Part shown: positions 39,551 to 51,722 of the stretch, one piece after another
Layout: every line of letters begins with the position of its first letter
Position numbering within the stretch: position 1 is the first letter of the stretch
Assembly (NCBI RefSeq): GCF_009914755.1
Contig: NC_060929.1
Length of the DNA stretch: 64,000 nt
From: the human T2T-CHM13v2.0 reference genome, Homo sapiens
Strand: one strand, 5' to 3'
Notes under the pieces: generated by a model
The model's database searches: none
Seen by the model: only the letters and a program-made list of their open reading frames with translations
Told to the model about the DNA's origin: nothing
Program-made: the position numbers and the translations under genes

Positions 39551-40050
39551 ACAATGAGAACATATGGACACTGGGAGGGAACATCACACACTGGAGCCTG
39601 TTGTGGGGTGGGGGGAAAGGGGAGGGAGAGCCTTAGGAGAAATACCTAATGCATGTGGGTCTTAAAACCTAAATGACGGGTTGATGGGTGCAGCAAATCA
39701 CCATGGCACATGTATACCTATGTAACAAACCTTCACTTTCTGCACATGTATCCCAGAATTTAAGGTATAATAAAATTTTAAAAAAAGGTACTTAAGTAAG
39801 AAAACTAGTAATTCTAAAAAAAAAAAAAAAGAAAGAAAGAAAGGACATGGGAATCTTGATTCTTTTCTGTCTTGTAATGAATTATTTTTTAAGAAATATT
39901 ACGTTTATATTCATGAACAAGGGATAATAAATAAACACCTACCTACTGGCCATGTGGTTTGGCAACTTTGTAAGCCTCTGTTTCCAAGCGAGTAATATCC
40001 CTCTAAATAAAAGTTCTCACAATTTGGAAATAAATAAATAAATAAATATT

Positions 40051-40345
40051 GGCTGTGTGTGGTGGCTCACACCTGTAATCCCAGCACTTTGGGAGGCCAA
40101 GGCACGTGGATCACCTGAGGTCAGGAGTTCGAGACCTTCCTGGCCAACATGGCAAAACCTTGTCTCAATTAAAAATACAAAAATTAGCCGGGTGTGGTGG
40201 TGCATGCCTGTAATCCCAGCTACTGGTGGGGGCTGAGGCAGGAGGATTACTTGAACCAAGGAGGTGGAAGTTGCAGTGAGCTGAGATTGGGCTACTGCCC
40301 TCCAGCCTGGGCAACAGAGCAAGGCACCATCTGAAAAAAAAAAAA
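40051..40345 (+). mobile_element. AluSx-like
   Basis: ggatcacctgaggtcaggagttcgagacc; full dimer with A tail. Confidence 0.92.
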
Positions 40346-41009
40346 TAATAAACCAAACCCATGTCTTCTAAGAGCAATATTTTAAATAAATAGAGTTTAT
40401 AGGAGTTCTTTTCTACTCAGACATAGTCTGGCATCAAAACCATTAACTAATCAATGACAAAACCTTGGCTGCCCCCCACCACAGTTGTTGTAATTGTGAT
40501 CCTGGAAAGCAAACTGTACAATCAGAGCTTCATGCTCATTCTTTCACCATTAGTGTAGAAATTTGAATTTAACACTGATCTATAAATGGCCACATGATTA
40601 ATAACATATTTCTTCAAATGATCTGAAGAAAAAATAGAAAAATATTTTTTTCAAGAAAAATATCCTTTTTTATTGATATTCAATTCCTCTTTGCATTCAA
40701 TTACATAAGTGACTACAACTAGACTTTTATACTTAATTTTCAGTATTACAAATTCCTCCCAAACTGTTTTCATTACTTAATTACTCTGGAATATAATTAC
40801 ATGTAATAATTTATTTTCCTCATAATATCTATTAAATAATGTTTGTTATTTATTCACAGGTTTTATAGATTAGAAACTTAATTGAAAGAACAGATGTAGA
40901 CTTGTTTTATCTTTCTTTCCCCAGAAATATTAGGTAAATGTAAAATACATGAGGGTGTATTTTTATATATATAAGCTTACATATATGCATGTACTATTTG
41001 TTTATATTA

Positions 41010-41045
41010 TGTGTGTGTGTGTGTGGGTGTGTGTGTGTGTGTGTG
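41010..41045. repeat. (TG)n microsatellite
   Basis: Direct reading; one interruption. Confidence 0.95.
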
Positions 41046-41360
41046 ATATGTACAATTTGGTGGCTTCCATGTCCTTTCTGATTTTTTTATGTTTCTATGT
41101 ACCTCTATACCAATGCCATCCTTTAAAAATTAAAGTTACTGACGTTGCACAGTGATGTCTTCCCTCCTTGACACACCTCCACATTCTCTAAACTTGGATT
41201 AAAATTTATTTCCTTCAGATTTGTGTAGGTATTCGTTCATTGTTTATTGTTGTTAACTATTGCAGTTTTGTACACTTATAGTTTATAACACTTTCTAAAT
41301 AGCTTAATGGTTAGTATTTCTTAATTTTATGCTTTATAAAAAAGGAGCACTATACATAGG

Positions 41361-41808
41361 TATAAAGATTAATGTATATGTCCACTTGACTGGGCCATGG
41401 AGTGCCCTGATATTTGGTCAAAAATTTTTCTGGGAGTTTCTGTGAAGGTATTTTTGGTTGAAATTAACATTTAAATTGTTAGACTGAGTAAGGCAGTTGT
41501 CCCCTCTCCCCCTACCCAGTGTGTGGGCCTTATGCATTTAACTGAAGGCCTGACTAGAAAAAGGCCACCCCTCCTCCAAGTAGGCAAGAATTTTCCTGCT
41601 TGAGAGCCTTTGGACTGAAACTTTGACACCTGCTGTGTCTACAGTAGCTTATTCCTTTGAACTTGAACTGGAACATCAGCTCTACAGATTTTGGATTTGC
41701 CAGCCTCGTAAATGCATGCGCTGAATCATTGTTCTCTCTCTCTCTCTCTCTCTTTCTATATATATATATATGAAATCTGGTTCTGTTTCTCTGGAGATCC
41801 CTCATACA
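41361..41808 (+). mobile_element. MLT2 (B/C/D-type) ERVL LTR
   Basis: tgtccacttgactgggcca...gaaattaacatttaaatt...(CT)n(AT)n...tggttctgtttctctggaga. Confidence 0.8.
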
Positions 41809-42397
41809 GCAGCCTTCTGCAATTTGTGTTCTCGCTCAATATTTGTATATTATCAATTCATGTTGTTGTGTAGAGCTACAATTCAACAATTACAAATGTA
41901 GTCTAGTATTCCATTCTGTAAATATAACAAAACTAATGTGTCTATTCTTTTGTCAATGGACATTTAGACTTTTTTCCTTTAGTGTTTTACTATTTTAAAC
42001 AATGTTATGACTATGTGAGTACTTTGGCTTATTGTACTTCTGTAAGAGATTGCCCATGGTATAATACATGCCTTGAAAAAGGAATTGCTCATTTGTAAAG
42101 TATATGGCTTTTCAGTTTTTCGGTAAAATTCCCAGAGTTGCACTTATTTATATTGCAGTGAGTAGCTTATAAGATTTCCATTGGCACACACCCTCACCAA
42201 TATCTGTAATAATAATCTGTAATATAGGGAATGCAAAATATTATACTATTGTCATCCTGATTCATATTTATCTTATTATTAATAGGTTTAAGCATTTTCC
42301 ATATGTTGATTTATATGTACCTTTCATCTCCTATAAAATGCTGTTCTTTTATTTTGGTCACTTCCCTGTTGAGATGTTTGTCTCTTTATTTTATTGA

Positions 42398-42645
42398 TTC
42401 ATTAATGTACTCTTTCAACAAATATTTATTGATTGTGTCCTGCTTGCCAGACACTCTTCTAGTTACTGGAACACAACATAAAACAAAATAGACAAATATG
42501 CCTCCTTCAAAGATTTAAATTTTATGAAGGAATATAGACAATACACAAAATAAGTGCATGAACTATACAGTAATCAGAAAATGATCATTGCTTTGAAGAA
42601 ACAAAGCAGGGAAAGTGAATAGAGAATGAAGGAGAGGTTTGCAAT
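42398..42645 (-). mobile_element. L2a 3' end
   Basis: ttcaacaaatatttattgattgtgtcctgcttgccagacactcttctag. Confidence 0.75.
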
Positions 42646-42675
42646 ATGTTGTTTATAAAAAATTTGTTTATTGTT

Positions 42676-43208
42676 TGTATTAGGGTTCTCTAGAAGGACA
42701 GAACTACTAGGACAGATGTATACATGAAGGGGAGTTTATTAAGGAGTATTGACTCACAAGATCACAAGGTGAAGTCCCGTAACAGACTGCCTGCAAGCTG
42801 AGAGCAAGGAAGCCAGTCCGAGTCCCAAAACCTCAAAAGTAGGGAAGCTGACAGTTCAGCCTTCAGTCTGTGGCCAAAGGCTAGAGAACCCAGGCAAACT
42901 ACTGGTGTAGATCCAAGAGTCCAAAAGCTGAAGAACCTGGAGTCCGATTGTCCAGGGCAGGGAGCATCCAGCCTGTGAGAAACATGGAGGCCAGCAAATT
43001 TAGCCAGTCTAGCCCTTTGCCTGCTTTTATCTTAACCTTGCTGGCAGCTGATTAGATGGTGCCCACCCAGATTGAGGGTGGGTCTGCCTCTCCCAGTCCA
43101 CTAACTCAAATGTTAATCTCCTTTGGCAACACCTTCACAGACACACCCAGGAACAACACTTTGCATCCTTCAATCCAATCAAGTTAACAATCAATATTAA
43201 CCATCACA
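42676..43208 (-). mobile_element. MLT2A2 (HERV-L) solo LTR
   Basis: tgtattagggttctctaga...cccaaaacctcaaaagtagggaagc...aatattaaccatcaca; 5-bp TSD ttgtt/ctgtt. Confidence 0.88.
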
Positions 43209-43655
43209 CTGTTTTTAAGATAAATAAAATTAACTATTTTAACATGGTGAAACTTGTCACTGTTTTTCTTTCAAGGGTTATAAATTTTGTGTCTTATTTA
43301 ATAAATATTTAAAATATTTTTCCAATTTTCTGCTGATTTTGTTTTTATCTTTTTGTCTTTTATACTTAAGTCATGAATGTATTTGGAGTTCACTTATTGT
43401 TCTGCGGTATGATATACATAACCTCAAATTTTTTTCCCACATAGATAACTAGCTACAAAGTTATTGAAAATTTTTTTCCTTTCTAAACTGTGTTTTTGTG
43501 TTTTCTGTTTATCTCTACTCGTTTCTTTGTGAGCCAATACATTTCTATCTTAACAAATATTGGTTTATAAGAAGTCGATATCTAGTAGTGCATTTCCTCA
43601 CCTTATCCTTTTGCTTTCCAGGCAGTTTTCACTATTGGTGGACCTTTGCGTTTTC

Positions 43656-45190
<1,535 letters not shown>

Positions 45191-45777
45191 AAAAGTTTCT
45201 AAATCAGTTTATTGAGGTCCACCACAAAACCCTATTGGAATTTTTATTGCAATTACTGTGAACCCTTAGATCCTTTGTTTGTTTGTTTGTTTGTAACAGA
45301 ATTAATACATTTACAACATGTACAACATGAAGTCTTTCTCTTTATATTCAAGGTAAGTTTTTCTGTTTGTGTTTCCTTTAATGTGTATCAGTAAAGTTTT
45401 GTTTTTTGTTTTTTGTGTTTTTACAGAGTCCTTTTAGTGTTTGTATGTTTTATGGGTAGGTAATTGATATTTTAGTTACTGTTGCTGTAAATGTTTCTTA
45501 ATTATTTATAGCTGATGAACAAAAGGGCAATTGATTTTTATCAATTATCTTAAATCCTCTAACCCTACTAAATTTTCTTTTTTGTAAAAAGATGTTCATA
45601 AATTGTTTTGGTATTCTCTATGCAGTTAATCATATCATTTTCATAAGCAGTTTCATTTACTGTTTTGCAAACTTTTTTTTGTCTTTGTATACCTACTAGG
45701 ACATCCAGTACCTTGTTTTTATTATTGTTTACACTAATAAGTACTTACAACATTTATTAGAAGATCTCTTTTGATTC

Positions 45778-45932
45778 ATCTGACACCTGTTAGACTGGCT
45801 ATTATAGAAAAGATGAAGGATGACAAGCATTGGAAGAATGGGGAGAAAAGAGAACCCTTGTACCCTTTTGGTGAGAAAGAAAGTATATTAGTACAGTCAT
45901 TATGAAAAACAGTATAAATGTTTCTAAAAAAT
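45778..45932 (+). mobile_element. L1M ORF2-end internal fragment
   Basis: acacctgttagactggctattat...ggagaaaagagaacccttgtac. Confidence 0.7.
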
Positions 45933-48859
45933 GCTTTTATTTGTAGAATTAATTGTAACTGGATTCATTCTAATTTATAGAACTGTTTCAGTGCTTTTTT
46001 TTAGTTTGGCTTGTTACATGTTTATTTAAATGTAGCCATTTTGTCTAAGTTTCTAAATGTCCTGGCATATTTTTTGTCATAACATCATTTTATAACATGA
46101 TAATCTGTGTTATATATAAGGTTAATTTTTTCCCCAATGGCATTAACTCATGTTCTCTATTTTTTGAATAAATAACCTTTTTAGAAGTTTCTGTATTTCA
46201 TTAGCATTTTCACAGAAGAAACTCATCTTGTGCATTGTGTTTATTTGCTTTTTAATAAATTTATTTTTATCCTTATTAACTCTTCATATTAACACTTTTG
46301 GAAATATCTTGTGATTTCATTAATTTCTTAAATGATTATACTAATTTCATTCTTGTTTATTTCCTAATGTAAAAATGTAAGGATAATATTGCCCTTTAAT
46401 AATACTCATCTCATCTTGTAATTGTCGTATGTAGGGTTTCAATTATGTATATTATTTGCAGTTTTTGCCATTACAAGTAATTACTGCTACCACATAGTGT
46501 TGGAATCTTCTCTTTACCTTCCTGATCCATTGTTCATCCTTCTCTGCCCTGACCTATTAATTAGCTGTAACTTAACTTCTTTTTTGTATCATCCATTTCC
46601 TTCTATATTCATGCTGCATTCTGTCCACTTCTATTTTTTCCTTAGTGCTTCTAATATATTTTTATTCCATAAATTATTATGTTTGGTTCTATATTTGTTT
46701 CCTGTATTTTTCATCTTTGTATTGCATTTAAAAAAATAAAACTGTATATTCTTATTTATTTGTTCGATAGCTGGAAGAACTGTGAGATATTTCTTTTTGT
46801 TCTAGGATGTTATATTCTGGATTGAGCTGTTTTGATATTCCAAGTAATTATTTGCCTTTTCATTTTTAATTTTTGAAGGTTAATAATTCATTTGCATAAT
46901 AACCTTAAAGTTACTTTTCTCTTTGTTCGTATATTGTGTGGGTGACTTTCTGCACCTGTCTCTTCTTTGTCCAAGTCTGCTTTCCAGCCTGGAAAGTCAC
47001 CATTTCAGCACTGGTGAGATATTGGGGGCAGGTAGGAGAGCACAGATGAATGGATGTACAGTTTTTATGGAACAAAGTTGATAGTTCTTTTTTGATTCTG
47101 CCTTCATGTAGGAGGATTTTTTAAATATCCTATACCTAAGTTAATTACTTATCTTTGGAAAGTGCGTCCTACTCCTGTATGGCTTTAAATTAATTCTCCA
47201 ATGTACCATGTATTATAATATTAGAGTATTTATATCATGGATCCAGGCCTCTATTCATTTCTTTTGTTTCATTCCTTGCAATATTTTTTAATCTCGTTGT
47301 CATTAGAAAGTAAACATTTTAACTTTTTTTCTAGAAATTGCAACATTAGTGAAAAATAAGGGCTTGCCTGTTTTCATCTTTTTGTGTACCAAATAAAAAT
47401 ATTTTTTATCCAAATAATAAAGAAAATTTACTTTTAAAATAAATTAAGACTATAAGTAAGCTTACAATTCCCCTACATAATTTTAAAATGTCAAATTCTG
47501 TTATTTTACTATTTAAGGAGAAATAAGTACAATACTTAGAAAATTTATAAAACGCATAACATTGATAACTGGTTTGGGAGACAATGAGTCTCATAACAAA
47601 AGTGTTAACAAGCACTGATAATCGAAGTAAATAAAAAGTGAAATACATTTCTGAAATGATGACATAAAACAATAAGAAATGATATTGTACTTAGAAGTTT
47701 GGGGTCATGTACATAGTTATAAAGTAAGTTATGTTTAAATTAGAATCAGAGTATGATGCGTTTATGATATTACAAATATACGGTGCTTCTGCTTTTTTCC
47801 CCTTTTCTTCCTCCTCCTTTTCCTCCTTCCTCTAGAATAGCTCAGTATTTTATTTTAAATTCTAAAATGAGTTTGAACAGGTATGTGGCCGACTTGCCTT
47901 AAATCTGAGTTGCCCTGAATTGTGTCTGCCAAAAAGGTGATGAAGTGACTCTGCATGTTGTGTTGAATAATTTTGCAACATCCATTTAGGAGTTTACTTT
48001 TAACATCACTTAACAGAGATATATGAACTAATAGCTCTTTATCATTTCAATAGATATTCGACCTAAACCCATCATATTTAAACGTTCATATTATAAATTG
48101 TTGCTGATAAACGTTTTATAGATGATGTAAGGTAAAATTGTACATCAACAAAGCTGAGATCATTGAGTTATTGATTCAATGCTCCTTGCTAAAATTATCA
48201 AGCTAAATATGATGTCAGTGCAGAGATCAAACAGGAATGAAATCTATTAGTCTCTGTCATTATGCTTTTAATTTAAGGAATGTTTTAAATTTAGTGTGTA
48301 TTTTCTATCTTGGTCACTACCAATACTTCAGAATCGTCAGTAAATCAAAATGTAAAGCATGAAAGGTGTAACTTACGTCTTTTACATGTCTCTTTCCTTA
48401 ATCTATGTATATTTATCATTTGCCTTCTTAAATGGAGTATATTGACAAGGCTGTATAGTGATGATGGATGTTCCATATCATGCATGTACATTCATATTTT
48501 GCTTAAAAACATTACCAAGACTCTTGGTTGTAAAAAGTCACAAATTATAATTGCAGATGAGCAACTGATAAATGTTTCTAATCTGCCGCCATAGTGAATT
48601 TGTGGGACATCTAAACCTGTGTTATTTTGGTATTCACTAGTTTGGTAGACATACTATAAGTGCTTTTCTGAATCATTAAAATTTCATATTTAATGTAAGA
48701 TTATGTCTTTGGATTAAATAAATAGTGAAGTACATAAAGGAGTAAGGGGGTATTTTTGTACTTATTGGTGATTTTTACCTATTTCAAGGTTCTTGTTTGT
48801 AATTATGTATATAAAAATATTTTGTGTGTGTGTGTGAATCTGATGGGTGAAATGATTTT

Positions 48860-49393
48860 TACAATTGTTTTGTAAAATTCATTTGTCTAAATAATACTGA
48901 AATTGAAAATTGCCACAGAATATACTTTACTTCTATATTTAGCTGTAATTTCTATATTTAAAATTTGAAGTCATCTGTCTATTGTTGTGTCACAAAACTA
49001 TTACTCTGTTATTTATCTCTTTGCTTAGAGTGCTGATCTTTTCATATGTTGGTAGGTTTTCATTTTTATATAAAGAAATATACATATTTCCCTTATCACT
49101 TCTGGGGTGTGTGTGTTTTGGAAGGTATTTCCGCTCTCAGGATTTTTATTTGCATTACTTGTATATTCTTCTAGTGCTTTTATTCTTTTTATTTTAACTT
49201 TTTATAGTTATTTAATTCATGTTGATATTTTTGTCTATAATAAGGAATTGGAATTTTTAATCTAGCTTTAGACTGTGTAGCCAATTATTTTAGCACCATT
49301 AATTGAATAAATCATTGTTTTTTCTACTGAGTTGAAATGGCTTTATATTCATATATAAGATTATTTCAGTCTTTATATTTCATTCTATTCATT

Positions 49394-49395
<2 letters not shown>
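48860..49395 (-). mobile_element. L1ME fragment
   Basis: tagccaattattttagcaccattaattgaataaatca. Confidence 0.55.

Positions 49396-49398
<3 letters not shown>

Positions 49399-49456
<58 letters not shown>
49399..49456. repeat. (TA)29 microsatellite at an Alu tail
   Basis: Uninterrupted run. Confidence 0.97.
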
Positions 49457-49458
<2 letters not shown>

Positions 49459-49459
<1 letters not shown>

Positions 49460-49750
49460 TTTCTTTTTGAGATAGGGTCTCATTCTGTTGCTCAGGTTGG
49501 AGTGCAGTGGCGCAATCACGGCTTACTGCAGCCTTGCCCTCCTAGGTTTAAGTGATCCTTCTGCCTCAGCCTCCAGGTAGCTGGGACCACAGGTGCACAT
49601 CACCATGCCCAGCTAATTTTCGTATTTTTCTTAGAGCTGGGCTTTTACTATGTTGCCCAGGCTGGTCTTGAACCCCTGAGATCAAGCAATCTGTCTCGCC
49701 TCAGCCTCCCAGAGTGCTGGAATTACAGGCATGAGCTACCATGCCTGGCC
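49459..49750 (-). mobile_element. AluJ
   Basis: gagatagggtctc, actgcagcctt, tatgttgcccaggctggtcttgaac diagnostics. Confidence 0.9.
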
Positions 49751-49852
49751 TAATTTTCATATTATAAACATTTTAATAATTTCAATAGCTTTAAAGTAAG
49801 CCAATAAAGTTATTATCATACATCTTTATTTGTTTTTCTATGTCAAAAAAAT

Positions 49853-50192
49853 TTTTTTGGTAATAGCTATTCTAACAGGTGTGAGATGATACAGGCTGAT
49901 GGTGGGGCTGAGTAAAGGGAAATACTGATCAAATGGTACAAAGTTTCAGGAAGACTGGAAGAATAAGTTTTAGTGATCCATTGGACTGCATGGTTAATAA
50001 TAATATATTGTATATTTCACAATTGCTAAAAGAATCAATTTTATGTTCTTACCACAAGAAGAAGGATAAATTTGTGAGATGATGGATATGTTAATTAGCT
50101 TGATTGACTCTTTCTGCAGTGTGTTCATAGATTAAAACATCACCGTGTACCCCATAAATATATATAATCATTATTAATCAATTAAAAAATAA
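49853..50192 (+). mobile_element. L1MA 3' end with a short inverted 5' piece
   Basis: ggtacaaagtttcag...gatggatatgttaattagcttgatt...gtaccccataaatatata; 49853-49891 is antisense L1. Confidence 0.8.
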
Positions 50193-50769
50193 GTGCATTG
50201 ACAAAAATACTTTTGATGATGATTTTGTATTGCTCTTTTAGAAGATTTTCATATGTGTCTTGTCAGCAAAATTGGAATTACATTGTTTTATAATTATATT
50301 AGCCTGGGGGTCATTATTTGGTTTACATTTGAAATTTAACTGGGAAAGTTCTTCACATATAAAAACTTACAGAAAAACACACTTGTGTGGTCAACTTGTT
50401 TTGACCAAAATTTGAGTGTAGGGTTGTCATACTTTGATCAATGTACATTTTGTAGCAAACAAGATTGAGTGTATTAGAGTTACACTCTTATCATGTTCAT
50501 ATGAATGTCATGTTTAATATTGTCATGGGTTCAAGAAGTGTTTACAGATTCAACCGATAATAAGATAACCTCCTTAACTTAGACTTGTGTGAGCATTAAT
50601 TCAATGATATATGTCAATTTAATGCCTAGGTTGTAAATGCTGCTTACATATCGGAGGGCCAGCTGCGCACATGCATTGCCACAACTAACGTTGTGATATA
50701 TTGAAATATATATCAATACTGTGATATATTGATAAATATATATTGTGATATATAAGAAATAATCTGATA

Positions 50770-51722
50770 TATTATTTCTTACTAAAGTTCACACTTGATT
50801 CAGATATGTTCCATTTTTTCCTAGTGTTCTTTTTCTGTTCCACGATTCCATCCAGGATACCAAATTTCATTGAATGGTCATGTCTCCTGTGGCTGTGACA
50901 GACTTTGTTTTCATGATCATGACAGTTCTGAGAACTGACTAGGTATTTTGTGGAATGTCTTTTCAGCTGGGGTTTGCCTGGTGTTTTCCTATGATTAGAC
51001 TGGATTATAGATTTTTGGGGAGGAAGACCTCAAAGATGAAGTGTTATTCTCATTAGGTCGTATGAAGAACACCTATTATAAATAGGTTATTATTTATAAA
51101 TAGGTATTTATTTATTTATTTATAAATAGGCATTTATTTATAAATAGGTTATTATTTATTATTTATTAACATTATTGATGTTACTTTGAACACCTGGCTT
51201 GAGATATTGTTGGTCAGATTTATCCAGTCTGTTTTTCTCCCTCTCTTGCCATATTGTACTATATGGCAGAAATTTACTTTATTTAGCCCACACATAAGGA
51301 ATGAGAAATTATGCTTCACCTCCCAAGGGTAGAGTATCTTTATAAATTATTTAACATTCTTCAACTGGGAGATTAGTCCATTAATTCATTAATTGAATCA
51401 TTTTTATATTTGCATCAAATAATGAATATTTATTTTGTACCTTGGATCATAACTCAATACTCTTTATTTTGCTGCTCTACTTTTTCTAGCTTTGGTCTTT
51501 TGCAGTTATTTCAGTTGGCTCCTTCTTTCCTTGGTTCCTTTGAAGTCTTGAGTATGTCTATGTGCATGCCTATGTTTAGCCATTTTCTTATTTTCTGTTC
51601 CTGCAAAGCATTCCAGGTTCATCTTTTGGATTTCCCATCTCAGTTCTAGAATCAAGCGTTTCTCCAAAGAACTTTGCTTCTTTTACTTGGAGAATATTAT
51701 TTTACATCAAGATCTGGATGCA
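50770..51722 (-). mobile_element. L1MC3/4-type 3'UTR
   Basis: ttctgttccacgattccatccaggatacca, tttggggaggaagacc, ctagaatcaagcgtttctccaaaga. Confidence 0.75.
51072..51167. repeat. AT-rich minisatellite, ttataaatagg x4
   Basis: Copies start at 51076, 51094, 51120 and 51138. Confidence 0.9.

Larger units (their letters stand above)
33257..39786 (+). mobile_element. Full-length L1PA8-like LINE-1 (inactive)
   Basis: 5'UTR with YY1 site caagatggcc, ORF1, ORF2 and 3'UTR atacctaatgcatgtgggtcttaaaacctaaatgacggg typical of the L1PA8 era. Confidence 0.93.

Noticed and set aside
39605-39627. G-quadruplex motif (also C-rich 43888-43908)
   Set aside because: Ordinary L1 3'UTR polypurine tract.
40900-40940. 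9-nt microexon-like ccag|aaatattag|gtaaat
   Set aside because: Stop codon in phase 0, moderate donor, no other support.
50692-50775. tgtgatatat repeats; similar short repeats at 51993-52047 and 63841-63885
   Set aside because: Low-complexity slippage products typical of AT-rich DNA.
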